Below are positions 33,540 through 44,035 of a stretch of 64,000 nt of DNA, one piece after another. The DNA is from Vulcanimicrobiaceae bacterium (GTDB lineage: Bacteria > Verrucomicrobiota > Verrucomicrobiia > Limisphaerales > Palsa-1400). The stretch is from contig DATKFW010000034.1 of the NCBI GenBank assembly GCA_035511075.1, positions 45,839 to 109,838 of the forward strand, read 5' to 3'. Below the pieces are notes generated by a model. It ran no database searches. It was given only the letters and a program-made list of their open reading frames with translations, and was not told the origin of the DNA. A program made the translations under genes and the position numbers. Numbering within the stretch: position 1 is the first letter of the stretch; each line of letters opens with the position of its first letter.

Positions 33540-34525
33540 ACCCCGCCATGCCGCCGTCGTTTTTCCCGCGTTTCGAAAAACTGGCCCAACGTGGCCGCGT
33601 AAGGCTCGCCGGTACGCGCCTCGATGGCGTCGATATTGGCGGAGCGCAACTGGCGCAACAATTCGGCCTGATGTTTTTCCCGGCGCTCGGCGAAGGCGCG
33701 CCTCTTGCGGGAATCGTGCGTGTTGATCTCGATCATCTCGCCCGTCTCCGCGTCCTTCAAAATCAGCCGGCCCACCGGCGGCAATTCCAGCTCGAAGCGG
33801 TCCACAACTTGAATGGCGATGACATCGTGCCGGCGATTGGCTTGCCTCAGGGCCGGCATCGTCCGCGGTCCCAATGTGGGCGAAACCAGATACGCCGAGG
33901 CCCGATTGGGATCGTTCTGTGCGGCGGCGCGATGCTCGAATAGAAAATCGGAAATGATCACCACAATGGCGTGACGCCGGGCCAGCCGATTGAGCACGTC
34001 CAGCGCCCCATTGAAATCGGTGCCGCGCTTGGCGGGCTGGAAACAGAGAATCTCGCGAATGACCCGCAAAACGTGGCGGCGCCCCTTCTTGGGAGGAATG
34101 TACTTCTCCACTTGTTCGGTGAAAAGAATCAGCCCGACTTTGTCGTTGTTGCGGATGGCCGAAAAAGCCAGGACAGACGCGATTTCGGCGGCCAGTTCGC
34201 GTTTGGATTGGTCGCGCGAACCAAAGAGGCCCGAACCGCTCAGATCGACCACCAGCATGAGCGTCAATTCGCGCTCCTCAACAAACTTCTTGACAAACGG
34301 ATGGTTCATTCGCGCCGTCACGTTCCAGTCGATGGATCGGACTTCATCGCCCGGCTGGTATTCGCGGACCTCCTCGAAATTCATCCCCTGCCCTTTAAAG
34401 ACGCTATGGTATTGGCCGCCGAGGGTTTCGGAAACCAGCCGCGTGGTGCGAAGCTCAATCTGCCGGATCTTCTTAAGAATCTCCCGGGGGATTACGGACG
34501 GTGGCTGGCTGTCGATGTCATTCAT
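33536..34525 (-). CDS. DUF58 domain protein (MoxR partner, VWA-like)
   Basis: Start at the internal ATG 34525 (MNDIDSQPP...). Motif REYQPGDEVRSIDWNVTAR. The longer track ORF overlaps moxR. Confidence 0.85.
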   Translation of the reverse strand: MNDIDSQPPSVIPREILKKIRQIELRTTRLVSETLGGQYHSVFKGQGMNFEEVREYQPGDEVRSIDWNVTARMNHPFVKKFVEERELTLMLVVDLSGSGLFGSRDQSKRELAAEIASVLAFSAIRNNDKVGLILFTEQVEKYIPPKKGRRHVLRVIREILCFQPAKRGTDFNGALDVLNRLARRHAIVVIISDFLFEHRAAAQNDPNRASAYLVSPTLGPRTMPALRQANRRHDVIAIQVVDRFELELPPVGRLILKDAETGEMIEINTHDSRKRRAFAERREKHQAELLRQLRSANIDAIEARTGEPYAATLGQFFETREKRRRHGGV

Positions 34526-34545
34526 GGTAGTCCCCTCGCCTCGCC

Positions 34546-35538
34546 TCACGGCACCGGCAATTCGTTGAAGATTTTCGTGACCACCGTTTCGCTGTTTTTC
34601 TCCTCGGCCTCCGCTTCGTAAGTCACCGTCACCCGGTGCCGCAACACGTCCATGCCGATGCTCTTGACATCCTGCGGCGTGACATACCCGCGCCCGCGCA
34701 AAAACGCATAGGCCTTCGACGCCAGCGTCAACGCAATGGTGGCGCGGGGAGAAGCGCCAAGCTGGATCAACCCCTGCAAGCCGTCGATCTTGTAAACCGC
34801 CGGGTCCCGCGTGCAACAGACTATGTCGACGATGTAATCCTTCACCTTGTCATCCATATAAATATCGTTGAGCACCTGGCGGGCCTCCAGAATCTGTTGC
34901 GCGCTGACCACCTGCGTGACCGAACTCACCACCGACGTGCGCGCCATCAAATCCAGAATCTGCCGCTCCTCCTCGCGCGACGGATAAACGATCTTGAGTT
35001 TCAACATGAACCGGTCCACCTGCGCTTCCGGCAGTGGATACGTGCCTTCCTGTTCGATTGGATTTTGCGTCGCCAGGACCAGGAAAGGTTCCTCGAGTTT
35101 GAAGGTTTGGTCGCCGATGGTGACCTGTTTTTCCTGCATCGCTTCCAGCAACGCGCTTTGCACCTTGGCCGGCGCCCGGTTTATTTCGTCGGCCAGGACC
35201 AGATTGGCAAAAATGGGGCCGCGCCGCGTGGTGAATGCCCCGGTTTGAGGATTGTAGATCTGTGTGCCGATCAAGTCGGCGGGAAGCAGGTCCGGAGTGA
35301 ATTGGAGCCGGGAAAATTTGACGTTGATGGCGCTGGCGAGAGCCTTGACCGAGAGAGTTTTAGCCAGGCCGGGGACGCCTTCCAGGAGGACATGCCCGTT
35401 GGCCAGCAAGCCGATGACCAGGCGTTCCACGAGGTAATTCTGGCCAATGATGACCTTCCCGATCTCGCTGAAAAGCGGGCGCACAAAGGCGCTGGAGTGT
35501 TGGACCTGCTCGTTAATCGCGCTGATTCCTGTATTCAT
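34546..35538 (-). CDS. moxR: MoxR-family AAA+ ATPase
   Basis: 330 aa. Walker A LLEGVPGLAKT, Walker B LADEINRAP, and VLATQNPIEQEGTYPLPEAQ.DRF. Confidence 0.93.
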   Translation of the reverse strand: MNTGISAINEQVQHSSAFVRPLFSEIGKVIIGQNYLVERLVIGLLANGHVLLEGVPGLAKTLSVKALASAINVKFSRLQFTPDLLPADLIGTQIYNPQTGAFTTRRGPIFANLVLADEINRAPAKVQSALLEAMQEKQVTIGDQTFKLEEPFLVLATQNPIEQEGTYPLPEAQVDRFMLKLKIVYPSREEERQILDLMARTSVVSSVTQVVSAQQILEARQVLNDIYMDDKVKDYIVDIVCCTRDPAVYKIDGLQGLIQLGASPRATIALTLASKAYAFLRGRGYVTPQDVKSIGMDVLRHRVTVTYEAEAEEKNSETVVTKIFNELPVP

Positions 35539-35703
35539 AGATTAAAAAACTACTTATGCCACAAAGACAATCCAATGGGAAGATTGTTCAGAAAAACCCG
35601 TGTAACGGACGGAGAGGATTGCAATTATTATCCGATTCCCCAGGCAGGCAGATCGCCCTTCATCCCTCCTTCCCGACCCTCGCGCCAGGTCCCATCACGC
35701 AAC

Positions 35704-36624
35704 TCAAAGACTGCGGGTTTGGGCTACATCCAGCGCGATTTGCGCGCGAAGCGCCTCGGTCGATGGAAATTTCTTTTCTTCGCGCAATTTTTTCAGGAAA
35801 GTCAGCTCCAGGTCCTGGCCGACAATGTCCCCGTCGAAATCCAGGAGATGCGCCTCGACATGGATCTCCGGGTCGGCCGGCTGGACGGTCGGACGATGGC
35901 CAATATTGACAGCGGCACGGTGCCGCTTCGCGCCAACCCTGGCCTCCGCCGCGTAAACGCCCGCGGGCGGCACAACAATGCCTGTGACCGCGATATTGGC
36001 AGTCGGAAATCCGAGCTTGCGGCCCAGTTGCCGCCCCTGGATCACCGGCCCGCACAAACTGTAGGAACGGCCCAACATCTGCCCAGCCAGGCCAAAATCA
36101 CCGGCGCGGACCGCGTTGCGGATGCGCGTGCTGCTGACAGGCTGGCCGTCGAGGTCAACGTCGGGCACCGCGTGGACGGCGAATCCCGATTGACCTCCCA
36201 GTTCCCGCAGCAACGTCACGTTTCCGGAACGGCGATGGCCGAACATGAAATCAGCGCCGACACAGACGCTCAGCACTTTGCCGAAATCCCGGACCAAATC
36301 GCGCACAAACTGCTCGCCGGGAATCTGGCTGAACGCCTTGTCAAACCGAATAACATAGGCCGCGTCCATTCCAAGGGACGCGAGCACTTCGAGCTTCCTG
36401 GCCAATGGATAAATCAAGGGCGGCACATTGCCGGGCGCAACGATGGCGTTGGGATGGCGGTCAAATGTGACAACCGCGGAAATGCCCTGCCCCCGCCCAG
36501 CATCGGAAACTGTTTGCTGAAGGACTCGCTGATGGCCGAGATGCACTCCGTCGAAGACGCCAATGGCGGCGCATACCGGGCGCCCGCCGGCATTCAGTTC
36601 GCCCGTGGCTTGGATAAGTTTCAT
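35704..36624 (-). CDS. ribF: Bifunctional riboflavin kinase / FMN adenylyltransferase
   Basis: 306 aa with GVFDGVHLGHQ and the C-terminal riboflavin kinase motif GFPTANI. The stop/start overlap with truB reads TGATG. Confidence 0.93.
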   Translation of the reverse strand: MKLIQATGELNAGGRPVCAAIGVFDGVHLGHQRVLQQTVSDAGRGQGISAVVTFDRHPNAIVAPGNVPPLIYPLARKLEVLASLGMDAAYVIRFDKAFSQIPGEQFVRDLVRDFGKVLSVCVGADFMFGHRRSGNVTLLRELGGQSGFAVHAVPDVDLDGQPVSSTRIRNAVRAGDFGLAGQMLGRSYSLCGPVIQGRQLGRKLGFPTANIAVTGIVVPPAGVYAAEARVGAKRHRAAVNIGHRPTVQPADPEIHVEAHLLDFDGDIVGQDLELTFLKKLREEKKFPSTEALRAQIALDVAQTRSL

Positions 36625-37349
36625 CAGCCGGGAACGCTCGTTTGGGCCAGCTTCAAGAACGGGATGACCCGCTTTTGCAGGTCGCTCGATGACATTTTGA
36701 GGACGTCCTCAAATGTGGCGGCATCCTTGACTTCAAATTTTCCGGAAGCCACCCTGCGCAATGTGGCCAAATGCGCGCCGCAACCCAGTTTCCCCCCCAA
36801 TTCGTGGGCCAGCGCGCGCACGTAGGTTCCCTTGGTGCAGGCGATTCGAAAACGCCCCACCGGCTCGCAATACTCCGAGAAACGAAAGTTATAAACGTGA
36901 ATCAGCCGCGCCTTGCGTTCGACTTCCACTCCCTTGCGCGCCATTTTGTACAGCGGCACTCCCTTGACCTTGACCGCCGAAACCATGGGTGGCAATTGCA
37001 TTTGGTCGCCCTGATACACGGCCGCCGCCTCGTTAAGCTCCTCCACCGTCATGGGAAGCACCGGAAGCGACGACACCAGTTGCCCGTCGGCGTCAAAGCT
37101 GTCGGTCGTTTCGCCGAACCTGATGCTTCCCTCATAAATCTTGTCATCGGACATCAGCTTCTCCGAAAGCTTGGTCCCTCTGCCCAAAACGATGATCAAC
37201 AAACCGGTGGCATTGGGGTCCAGCGTCCCGCAATGGCCCACCTTCTCGAAGCGAAAGGCGCGCCGGATGGCATCGACCACGTCGTGCGATGTCGGACCGG
37301 CCGGCTTGTCAATTAGAATTGCGCCGTCGAATGGTTCAAATGCGAGCAT
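36624..37349 (-). CDS. truB: tRNA pseudouridine(55) synthase
   Basis: 241 aa. GHCGTLDPNATGLL contains the catalytic Asp. Confidence 0.93.
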   Translation of the reverse strand: MLAFEPFDGAILIDKPAGPTSHDVVDAIRRAFRFEKVGHCGTLDPNATGLLIIVLGRGTKLSEKLMSDDKIYEGSIRFGETTDSFDADGQLVSSLPVLPMTVEELNEAAAVYQGDQMQLPPMVSAVKVKGVPLYKMARKGVEVERKARLIHVYNFRFSEYCEPVGRFRIACTKGTYVRALAHELGGKLGCGAHLATLRRVASGKFEVKDAATFEDVLKMSSSDLQKRVIPFLKLAQTSVPG

Positions 37350-37352
37350 GTT

Positions 37353-38336
37353 TCACCCGGCCGAATCAAGCGCCTTCCGCAGCGCGCCAACCACACGGCG
37401 CTGCACGGACATCGGTTTGCCGGCGATCCGCGCCCCGGCGGCGGCAATGTGCCCGCCCCCGCCGAATTGCGCGGCGATTTTGTTCACATCGACCTTGGCG
37501 GACTTCGAGCGAAGGCTCACTCGTGTCAGCTCCGGCTCCACTTCCTCGAAGATACAAGCCACGACCACAGGTTCGATGGCGCGAATATGGTCGATGAGAC
37601 CCTCCGTATCGCTTCGGTCCGCGCCCGTGCGCGCAAAATCCTTCTTTTTCAACCATAGGTAGGCGATGCGGTCGTCATGCGTCAGGTGAAAGTGGCCGTA
37701 GAGGTGCTTGAGCAGCCGGACGCGGGAGATGGAAAAGGATTGATACACCTCCCGCGAGATGGTGTCCACGTCCGCGCCCAATTTGACCAGTTCTCCGGCC
37801 GTTTGGTAGGTCGTCGGTTTGGCCGTGGCGTATTGGAAGGAGCCGGTGTCGGTCGAAACAGCGGTAAATAGACAATCGGCTATGGCCGGGGTGATCGGCC
37901 ATTGCGCGGCTTGCAGGAGACGAAAAATCAATTCGCCCGTGGAGGCCTCGTGGGCCGAAATCCAATTCAAATCGCCGTAGCGCGTGTTGCTGGGGTGATG
38001 GTCGATATTGACCAGGCACTTGCGTTTCTCAATCGCCGGCCCGGTGACGCCCAGGCGCTCGAGAGACGCGCAATCGGTGGCGATCACCAGATCAAACTCC
38101 GGGCTGCCGGCGGGTTTTTGGAGGATGTGATGCTGGTCCAAAAACGCGTACTTCTGCGGCATTATATCCTCATTCCAGCAAACAACGTCCTTTCCCTGCT
38201 TGCGCAACGCCAGGGTCAGGCCAATTTGCGAGCCGATGCAATCTCCGTCGGGCCGGACGTGGCCGGTGACGCAAATCGATTGGCTCAGGGCGATGGATTC
38301 GAGGATGCGATCAATGATCTTGAGGCGGGATTTCAT
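37353..38336 (-). CDS. nrnA: DHH-family bifunctional oligoribonuclease / pAp phosphatase NrnA-like
   Basis: 327 aa with motifs HVRPDGDCIGS, NIDHHPSN and GGGHIAAAGA. It sits between rbfA and truB. Confidence 0.8.
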   Translation of the reverse strand: MKSRLKIIDRILESIALSQSICVTGHVRPDGDCIGSQIGLTLALRKQGKDVVCWNEDIMPQKYAFLDQHHILQKPAGSPEFDLVIATDCASLERLGVTGPAIEKRKCLVNIDHHPSNTRYGDLNWISAHEASTGELIFRLLQAAQWPITPAIADCLFTAVSTDTGSFQYATAKPTTYQTAGELVKLGADVDTISREVYQSFSISRVRLLKHLYGHFHLTHDDRIAYLWLKKKDFARTGADRSDTEGLIDHIRAIEPVVVACIFEEVEPELTRVSLRSKSAKVDVNKIAAQFGGGGHIAAAGARIAGKPMSVQRRVVGALRKALDSAG

Positions 38337-38686
38337 GAAGATGACGAAGGCTTTTCCAATTCATCCAGGAGTTGGAGGACGCGGTTGCCGCGTTCGATCG
38401 ATTCGTCAAGCACAAAACGGAGATGAGGTGTGTATTTCAGTACGATTGCCTTGCCCAGCAGACCCTGGATGCGTTTCCGGCTCAGTTCCAGCGCTTCCAT
38501 CGCTCGTTTCTTTTGCGCATCGCCACCCAGAACACCGATAAATACTGTGGCCGTGTGCAGGTTGGCCGCCACCTTCACATCGTTGACATTGATCAAGCCC
38601 ACATGATCCACGGGCAATTCGCGCCGGATGAGTTCACCAATCTCGCGCTTCAACAACTCGCGCACCCGTTCGAGTCTCAGGGACAT
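38333..38686 (-). CDS. rbfA: Ribosome-binding factor A
   Basis: 117 aa: RLERVRELLKREIGELI...VKVAANLHTATVF. Confidence 0.9.
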   Translation of the reverse strand: MSLRLERVRELLKREIGELIRRELPVDHVGLINVNDVKVAANLHTATVFIGVLGGDAQKKRAMEALELSRKRIQGLLGKAIVLKYTPHLRFVLDESIERGNRVLQLLDELEKPSSSS

Positions 38687-38704
38687 AATTCACCTCACTC
38701 CGTG

Positions 38705-41251
38705 TCAGGCCACTTTGGGGGCCACTTTCTCTGTCGTAAAGCATTCGATGACGTCGCCCGGCTGCATGTCGTTAAATCCCTCGATGCGGATGCCGCACTC
38801 CATGCCGGCGCGCACTTCGTTGACTTCGTCCTGAAAACGGCGAAGCGTCTGCACAACCCCCTCGTAAATCAATCCTTTGCGCCGCAGGATGCGTGATTTG
38901 CCCCGAACGATGCGCCCCACGGTGACCATGCAGCCGGCCACATTGCCGCCCTTGGATAATTCAAAGATCTTGCGAACTTCCGCCGAACCGATCACCACTT
39001 CTCTGACGACCGGCTCGAGCATCCCGGCCATCGCTTCTTTGACGTGGTCGATCAATTCGTAAATAATCGAGTACAGCTTGATCTGCACTCCCTCGCGCTT
39101 GGCAAGGTCAGCCACCCCAACATCGATGCGCGTGTGAAATCCAAGAATGATCGCGGAAGAGGCCGAGGCCAGCAGCACATCGGATTCCGTGATCGTGCCC
39201 ACGGCGCTGTGAATGACTTCCAGCGCAACCTGCGTCCCCTCGATTTTCTTGAGCGCCTCGACAATCGCTTCGACCGAACCCTGGGTATCGGCCTTGACTA
39301 CCACCTTGAGTACCTTCGCTTGCGTGGCGTCCAGCGTCGCAAACAGGTTTTCCAGCGTGACTTTGGCGCGCGCCTCGGTGGAGACGGTGCGGGCCTCCTC
39401 GGCACGTTGCTCGGCCAGGTCGCGCGCCGTTTTTTCATCCTCCAGCACGCTGAACTCCAAGCCGGCTTCGGGCACGCCATTGAGCCCCAGGATCCTCACG
39501 GCCACGGATGGCCCGGCCTCTTTTTGGCGGTTTCCTTCCTCGCTGATCAACGCGCGTACTTTTCCCCAGTACGGACCGCAAATGACGACGTCCCCAACCC
39601 GCAGCGTTCCTTTGCGAACCAGGACCGTGGCGGTCGGACCCCCTGGCTCCAGCCCCGATTCAATCACGTTGCCCTTGGCGCGCCGGTCGGGATTGGCCTT
39701 GAGTTCCAGAAGATCGGCCTGGAGCAAAATCATTTCCAACAGCTTGTCCACGCCCTGTTTGGTTAGCGCGGAAACATCCACGAAGATGGTTTCCCCGCCC
39801 CATTCATCGGGGACCAGCCCCTTCTCTTGAAGTTGCTGGCGGACTTTCATCGGATTGGCGTTGGGATGGTCGCATTTATTGACAGCAACCAGAATCGGCA
39901 CCCGCGCGGCCTGCGCGTGGCTCAGGGCCTCCAGCGTCTGCGGCATGACGCCGTCATTGGCCGCCACCACCAGCACGACAATGTCCGTCACCGTCGCGCC
40001 CCGGGCGCGCATCGCGCTGAATGCCGCATGGCCCGGCGTGTCAAGAAACGTAATTTGCTGGACGTCGTTCTTGCGCTCGGGATGGGGGAAGGAAATCGTA
40101 TAGGCGCCGATGTGCTGGGTGATGCCGCCGGCCTCCCCCGCCGCGACATTTGATTTGCGGATGCCGTCCAGCAACGTCGTCTTGCCGTGATCGACGTGGC
40201 CCATGATCGTGACCACTGGCGCCCGCGGCTTCATCTGCTCGGGCTTGTCCTCCACGTCAAGCTCGACTTTCCTGACGGGTGTATGCGCGCCGGCCCCGCG
40301 CTCGCGCTTTTCCAGTTCAAACCGGTATTTATACTTCGCGCATATCCGTTGCGCGACATCCTCCCCGATCGATTGGTTGACGTTGGCGAATTCGCCGATT
40401 TCCATCAAATCGGCGATGATCTGGAAAGGCTTGCGTTTCAGTTGCTCGGCCAAATCGCGCACGATGATGGGCGGTTTGAGGGTGATGACCTGGTCGGTGG
40501 CCAGCGGCACGAATTTTTCCGGCGCCTTGGCGCTCGCGGCGGCCGGGGCCGCCGGTCTCAGGGCTGGCCGCGGCGCGAATCTCTGCCCGGACTGCGGCGG
40601 ACCGGACGGCGCCGAAGGACCCCCGCGAACATTGCGATTGTCCCCCCGACCCTGATAACCGCCTCGACCCACCGACGGAGCGGCCGGAGCCGGAGGGCGG
40701 CTCGCAAGTCGATCCGGTTGCGGACGAGCCGACGGTTTGACCGGCAATTGAACAAATCCCACCTTGTCTCCGACTTTGGGCGGAGGGGGAGGGGCCGGCG
40801 CGACCGGGGGCAATATAATCTTGGGAAGTTCAACCAGGATCGGCGGCGGAGCCAAAGGCGGCTCGTGCGCAATGACCGGCGGCAAAAGCGCGCCGACTGG
40901 CGCCGCTACTGGCTCTGCTGGCTCGGGCGGCGGCTGCGTCGGCTCGGCAACTGGCTCCAGTGGCGGCGGGGAAACGGCTGCCGCTTCCTTGAAAGGTTCA
41001 GAAACGACAGGGGCTATCGCCGACGGCGCCTCTGGGACCGCCGGTGCGGCGGCGAAAGGCTGGGCCGGAACTGGCGGCGCGTGCTGCGGAAACAGGGCGG
41101 CGAGCTGTTGCTCAAGAAATTCAGCAGTGATCTTGTCCAGCGAACTGGACGGTACTTTCGCCTGGGAAATGCCCAGGTCCTTGGCTTTGGCAAGGACGTC
41201 CTTGCTTTCGATGCCAAGCTTCTTCGCTAAATCGTAAATTCGTACGGGCAT
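38705..41251 (-). CDS. infB: Translation initiation factor IF-2
   Basis: 848 aa. Pro/Ala-rich N-terminal region. G domain [21 protein letters not shown] and NKCD. Confidence 0.96.
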   Translation of the reverse strand: MPVRIYDLAKKLGIESKDVLAKAKDLGISQAKVPSSSLDKITAEFLEQQLAALFPQHAPPVPAQPFAAAPAVPEAPSAIAPVVSEPFKEAAAVSPPPLEPVAEPTQPPPEPAEPVAAPVGALLPPVIAHEPPLAPPPILVELPKIILPPVAPAPPPPPKVGDKVGFVQLPVKPSARPQPDRLASRPPAPAAPSVGRGGYQGRGDNRNVRGGPSAPSGPPQSGQRFAPRPALRPAAPAAASAKAPEKFVPLATDQVITLKPPIIVRDLAEQLKRKPFQIIADLMEIGEFANVNQSIGEDVAQRICAKYKYRFELEKRERGAGAHTPVRKVELDVEDKPEQMKPRAPVVTIMGHVDHGKTTLLDGIRKSNVAAGEAGGITQHIGAYTISFPHPERKNDVQQITFLDTPGHAAFSAMRARGATVTDIVVLVVAANDGVMPQTLEALSHAQAARVPILVAVNKCDHPNANPMKVRQQLQEKGLVPDEWGGETIFVDVSALTKQGVDKLLEMILLQADLLELKANPDRRAKGNVIESGLEPGGPTATVLVRKGTLRVGDVVICGPYWGKVRALISEEGNRQKEAGPSVAVRILGLNGVPEAGLEFSVLEDEKTARDLAEQRAEEARTVSTEARAKVTLENLFATLDATQAKVLKVVVKADTQGSVEAIVEALKKIEGTQVALEVIHSAVGTITESDVLLASASSAIILGFHTRIDVGVADLAKREGVQIKLYSIIYELIDHVKEAMAGMLEPVVREVVIGSAEVRKIFELSKGGNVAGCMVTVGRIVRGKSRILRRKGLIYEGVVQTLRRFQDEVNEVRAGMECGIRIEGFNDMQPGDVIECFTTEKVAPKVA

Positions 41252-41335
41252 AGTCTTCTATCTGCCAACTGCCTTTGACCCACAAGTCTTTCATGACATT
41301 ACCATGCAAACATTGCGGGCTTCCGTCTCATCTGT

Positions 41336-42619
41336 TCAAGCCCCTTCCCTTTTTTCCCCGGCTTCCCCTCCCCTGCGTCGCAGCGCCTCGGCCTTGATCG
41401 CTTCCATGATCGCGGGCACCTGTTCTTTGATCTGCTCGATCTGCTCCAAATCATTTGGCTCCGCCTGAAGCAATGCGTCAACGGTGGAAAAACCCGCATG
41501 CACCAGCACGCTGGCCACCTCCGCCGTCAACCCCGGTATGGCCGCAAATGTTTGCACCGCCCGCGCGACCTTCTCCTCGAACCCCACATGCACCACCGTC
41601 TCCGGTTCAATGTCGATCTGCCAGCCGGTCAGCTTTGATGTCAGCCGGGCGTTCTGTCCCCGCTTCCCGATTGCCAGCGAAAGTTGGTCCTCCGCCACCG
41701 TGATCTTAACCCTCCGACGCACTTCGTCCACCGCAAAAGACTTCAATTGCGCCGGCGCCAGCGCATTGCCAATATACACCTTCACGTTCGGGTCCCACTT
41801 GATGATGTCGACCTTCTCGTTGTTCAACTCGCGCACGATATTTTTAACGCGCTGCCCGCGAAGCCCCACACAGGCCCCGACCGGGTCCACCTTCGGGTCC
41901 CGCGTATGGACCGCCAACTTCGTGCGGAAACCCGGCTCGCGCGCGATCCCCTTGATCTCGATGGTCCCGTCGTTGATCTCGGAGACTTCCAATTGAAACA
42001 ATTTAATCACGAACTGCGGGTCCGCACGCGAAAGTATGATTTCCGGCCCGTGCGTCCCGCTTTCCACGGCTTTGACATAGCACCGGATGCGCTCACCAAT
42101 CTGGTATTCCTCCGTCGGCACCCGCTCGCGGTTGGGCAGCAGGGCCTCGTATTTGCCCAGGTCAATCGTCACGTCGGAACGCTCGAATCGCCGGACCACC
42201 CCGCTCATGATGTCCCCAACGCGGTCTTTGAATTCCGCAAATATAAGCTGCTTCTCCGCCCTCCGAATGTGCTGCATCAACGCTTGCTTGGCGTATTGCG
42301 AGGCGATTCGCCCGAACCCGGCGGGGGTCACCTCCACCTCCAGTTCATCGCCCAATTGCGCGTCGGCTTTGATGCGCCGGGCGTCGAAGACGGATATTTG
42401 ATCGTGTTTCGAGACAACCTTCTCTGACACAACGAGTTTCGCAAACGCCCTGATGTCGCCGGACTTGGTATCAATCACGCAACGAAGTTCCCGGGCCGGG
42501 CCAACTGCCTTTTTTGCAGCCGAAAGCAACGCCTCTTCGACAGCGCCGACCAGTACGTCCCGGCTGATCCCCTTCTCGCGCTCCCAAAACTCCAACACGG
42601 CTAAAAAATCGGCGTTCAT
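41336..42619 (-). CDS. nusA: Transcription termination/antitermination factor NusA
   Basis: MNADFLAVLEFWEREKGISRD... followed by S1 and KH domains. The alternative upstream ATG at 42637 would add 6 aa. Confidence 0.93.
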   Translation of the reverse strand: MNADFLAVLEFWEREKGISRDVLVGAVEEALLSAAKKAVGPARELRCVIDTKSGDIRAFAKLVVSEKVVSKHDQISVFDARRIKADAQLGDELEVEVTPAGFGRIASQYAKQALMQHIRRAEKQLIFAEFKDRVGDIMSGVVRRFERSDVTIDLGKYEALLPNRERVPTEEYQIGERIRCYVKAVESGTHGPEIILSRADPQFVIKLFQLEVSEINDGTIEIKGIAREPGFRTKLAVHTRDPKVDPVGACVGLRGQRVKNIVRELNNEKVDIIKWDPNVKVYIGNALAPAQLKSFAVDEVRRRVKITVAEDQLSLAIGKRGQNARLTSKLTGWQIDIEPETVVHVGFEEKVARAVQTFAAIPGLTAEVASVLVHAGFSTVDALLQAEPNDLEQIEQIKEQVPAIMEAIKAEALRRRGGEAGEKREGA

Positions 42620-42824
42620 AATGTCTCTTTTCCCCATCAGGGAACAAAAAAGTCGGCAGAACCTGGCTCTCCGACTTGCACGCTGAATCCGAGTTCAGCA
42701 AAACCATTTTGTACGTTGTCTATATTACCGCGAATCCAGTTGCCGTCAACCTGAAAATGCGCCAAAAAATGCTCCCCAAACTTTCAACTTTGCCCTCAGC
42801 GACAAGCTGTGCCACTCTCTTTCC

Positions 42825-43196
42825 ATGAGCAAGCCTTTGGCGCTGGTTTATTATTCCAATTTGCTGCCGGGCAGCCAGTTGATCAATCGGTTGCAGGACC
42901 TGGGCTACCGCGTTCAATCCCTGGAAGCTGTGGCTTTGATGCCGGCCGCATGCGAACGCGAAAAACCGCTGGTGGTCCTCGCCGAGCTGGTGCCCGTGGA
43001 CCTTGCCTGCGCCGCCATTGAGCAATTGAAGAAAAATCCCGCCACTCAGCATCTTCCCGTGCTCGCTTTTTCTCCCGTGCATGACCCTGCGACTCAGGAG
43101 TCGGCCATCAATGCGGGCGTCACCCTCCTGGCCGGCAACGCCGCCATCACCGAACAATTGCCCAAATTGCTCGATCAAGTCCTTCAAATTGAATGA
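42825..43196 (+). CDS. Receiver-like (CheY-fold) protein with degenerate active site
   Basis: 123 aa with a receiver-like alternation of strands and helices. YS replaces the acidic pair, VVLAEL sits where the phospho-Asp is expected, and no conserved Lys is obvious. Confidence 0.55.
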   Translation: MSKPLALVYYSNLLPGSQLINRLQDLGYRVQSLEAVALMPAACEREKPLVVLAELVPVDLACAAIEQLKKNPATQHLPVLAFSPVHDPATQESAINAGVTLLAGNAAITEQLPKLLDQVLQIE

Positions 43197-44014
43197 GAAC
43201 CAATCTTCCGGTGATCAAACTGGATCGGGGCATCCACGCGATGCACCTGTTTTATCGCGTCGATCGCGAGCGCTGGGCCCGCCTTCCGGACGGCCAATCG
43301 GATCGAAGCCGCACCCAACTGGAATCTCTCTGCGCCGCCAATGCCAATCCCTCGCACCCCCGGCTGATGACGTATGCCAACGTCGGCGCCAAGGCGGACC
43401 TGGCTTTCATTTTGCTGGCGGCGGGCCTCGCGGAAACCGGCCAGATGCACCGCGATTTGGAGGCCTGTTTCCCACCGGGGACATTGCAGCGGGTCTTCTC
43501 CTATTTGAGCGTCACGGAGTTGACCGAGTATATGCCCACTGAGGAGGACAATCGCCGCCTGCTGGTCGAACAGGAAAAACTCGCCCCGGATTCCGACGCC
43601 TTTCAAAAACGCATGGCCGAACTGCTAGAGCGCATGCGTAATTACGAAAAATACCGCCTCTACCCCGAAATGCCCGAGTGGGAGGTCATGGGCTTTTATC
43701 CGATGAGCAAACGCCGCGCCGCCGCCGACAACTGGTATGTCCTGGATTTCCCCACCCGCAAAAAATTGATGGCCGGCCACGCCCGTGTCGGGCGCAAATA
43801 CGCCGGGCGCGTCTCGCAGTTGATCACCGGATCGGTCGGGCTGGATGACTGGGAATGGGGTGTGACGCTCATGGCCCACCAGGTCGATGCGCTCAAGGAG
43901 ATCGTTTACGAAATGCGCTTCGACGAAGTCAGCGCGCGGTTCGGGGACTTCGGCCCCTTCTTCGTCAACATGAAAATGTCCCCCGCGGAACTGTGGCCCC
44001 ATCTCGGCCTCTGA
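43193..44014 (+). CDS. Chlorite dismutase family protein (HemQ/ChdC-like)
   Basis: 273 aa: LMAGHARVGRKY...GSVGLDDWEWGVTLMA...LKEIVYEMRFDEVSARFGDFGPFFVN. The start forms an ATGA overlap with the upstream gene. Confidence 0.85.
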   Translation: MRTNLPVIKLDRGIHAMHLFYRVDRERWARLPDGQSDRSRTQLESLCAANANPSHPRLMTYANVGAKADLAFILLAAGLAETGQMHRDLEACFPPGTLQRVFSYLSVTELTEYMPTEEDNRRLLVEQEKLAPDSDAFQKRMAELLERMRNYEKYRLYPEMPEWEVMGFYPMSKRRAAADNWYVLDFPTRKKLMAGHARVGRKYAGRVSQLITGSVGLDDWEWGVTLMAHQVDALKEIVYEMRFDEVSARFGDFGPFFVNMKMSPAELWPHLGL

Positions 44015-44035
44015 CCGCGGAGCCCCTGGGCGTCC

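Noticed and set aside
34636-36825. 729-aa plus-strand ORF, the longest unexplained ORF in the track
   Set aside because: It runs antisense through moxR, the 165-nt spacer, ribF and part of truB, all of which have unambiguous motifs. It has no motif of its own and its composition is Arg/Leu/Gly/Ala-rich.
40187-41230. 347-aa plus-strand ORF and other frames across the infB 5' region
   Set aside because: It is antisense to the Pro/Ala-rich N-terminal region of IF-2. The low-complexity GC-rich sequence keeps several frames open.
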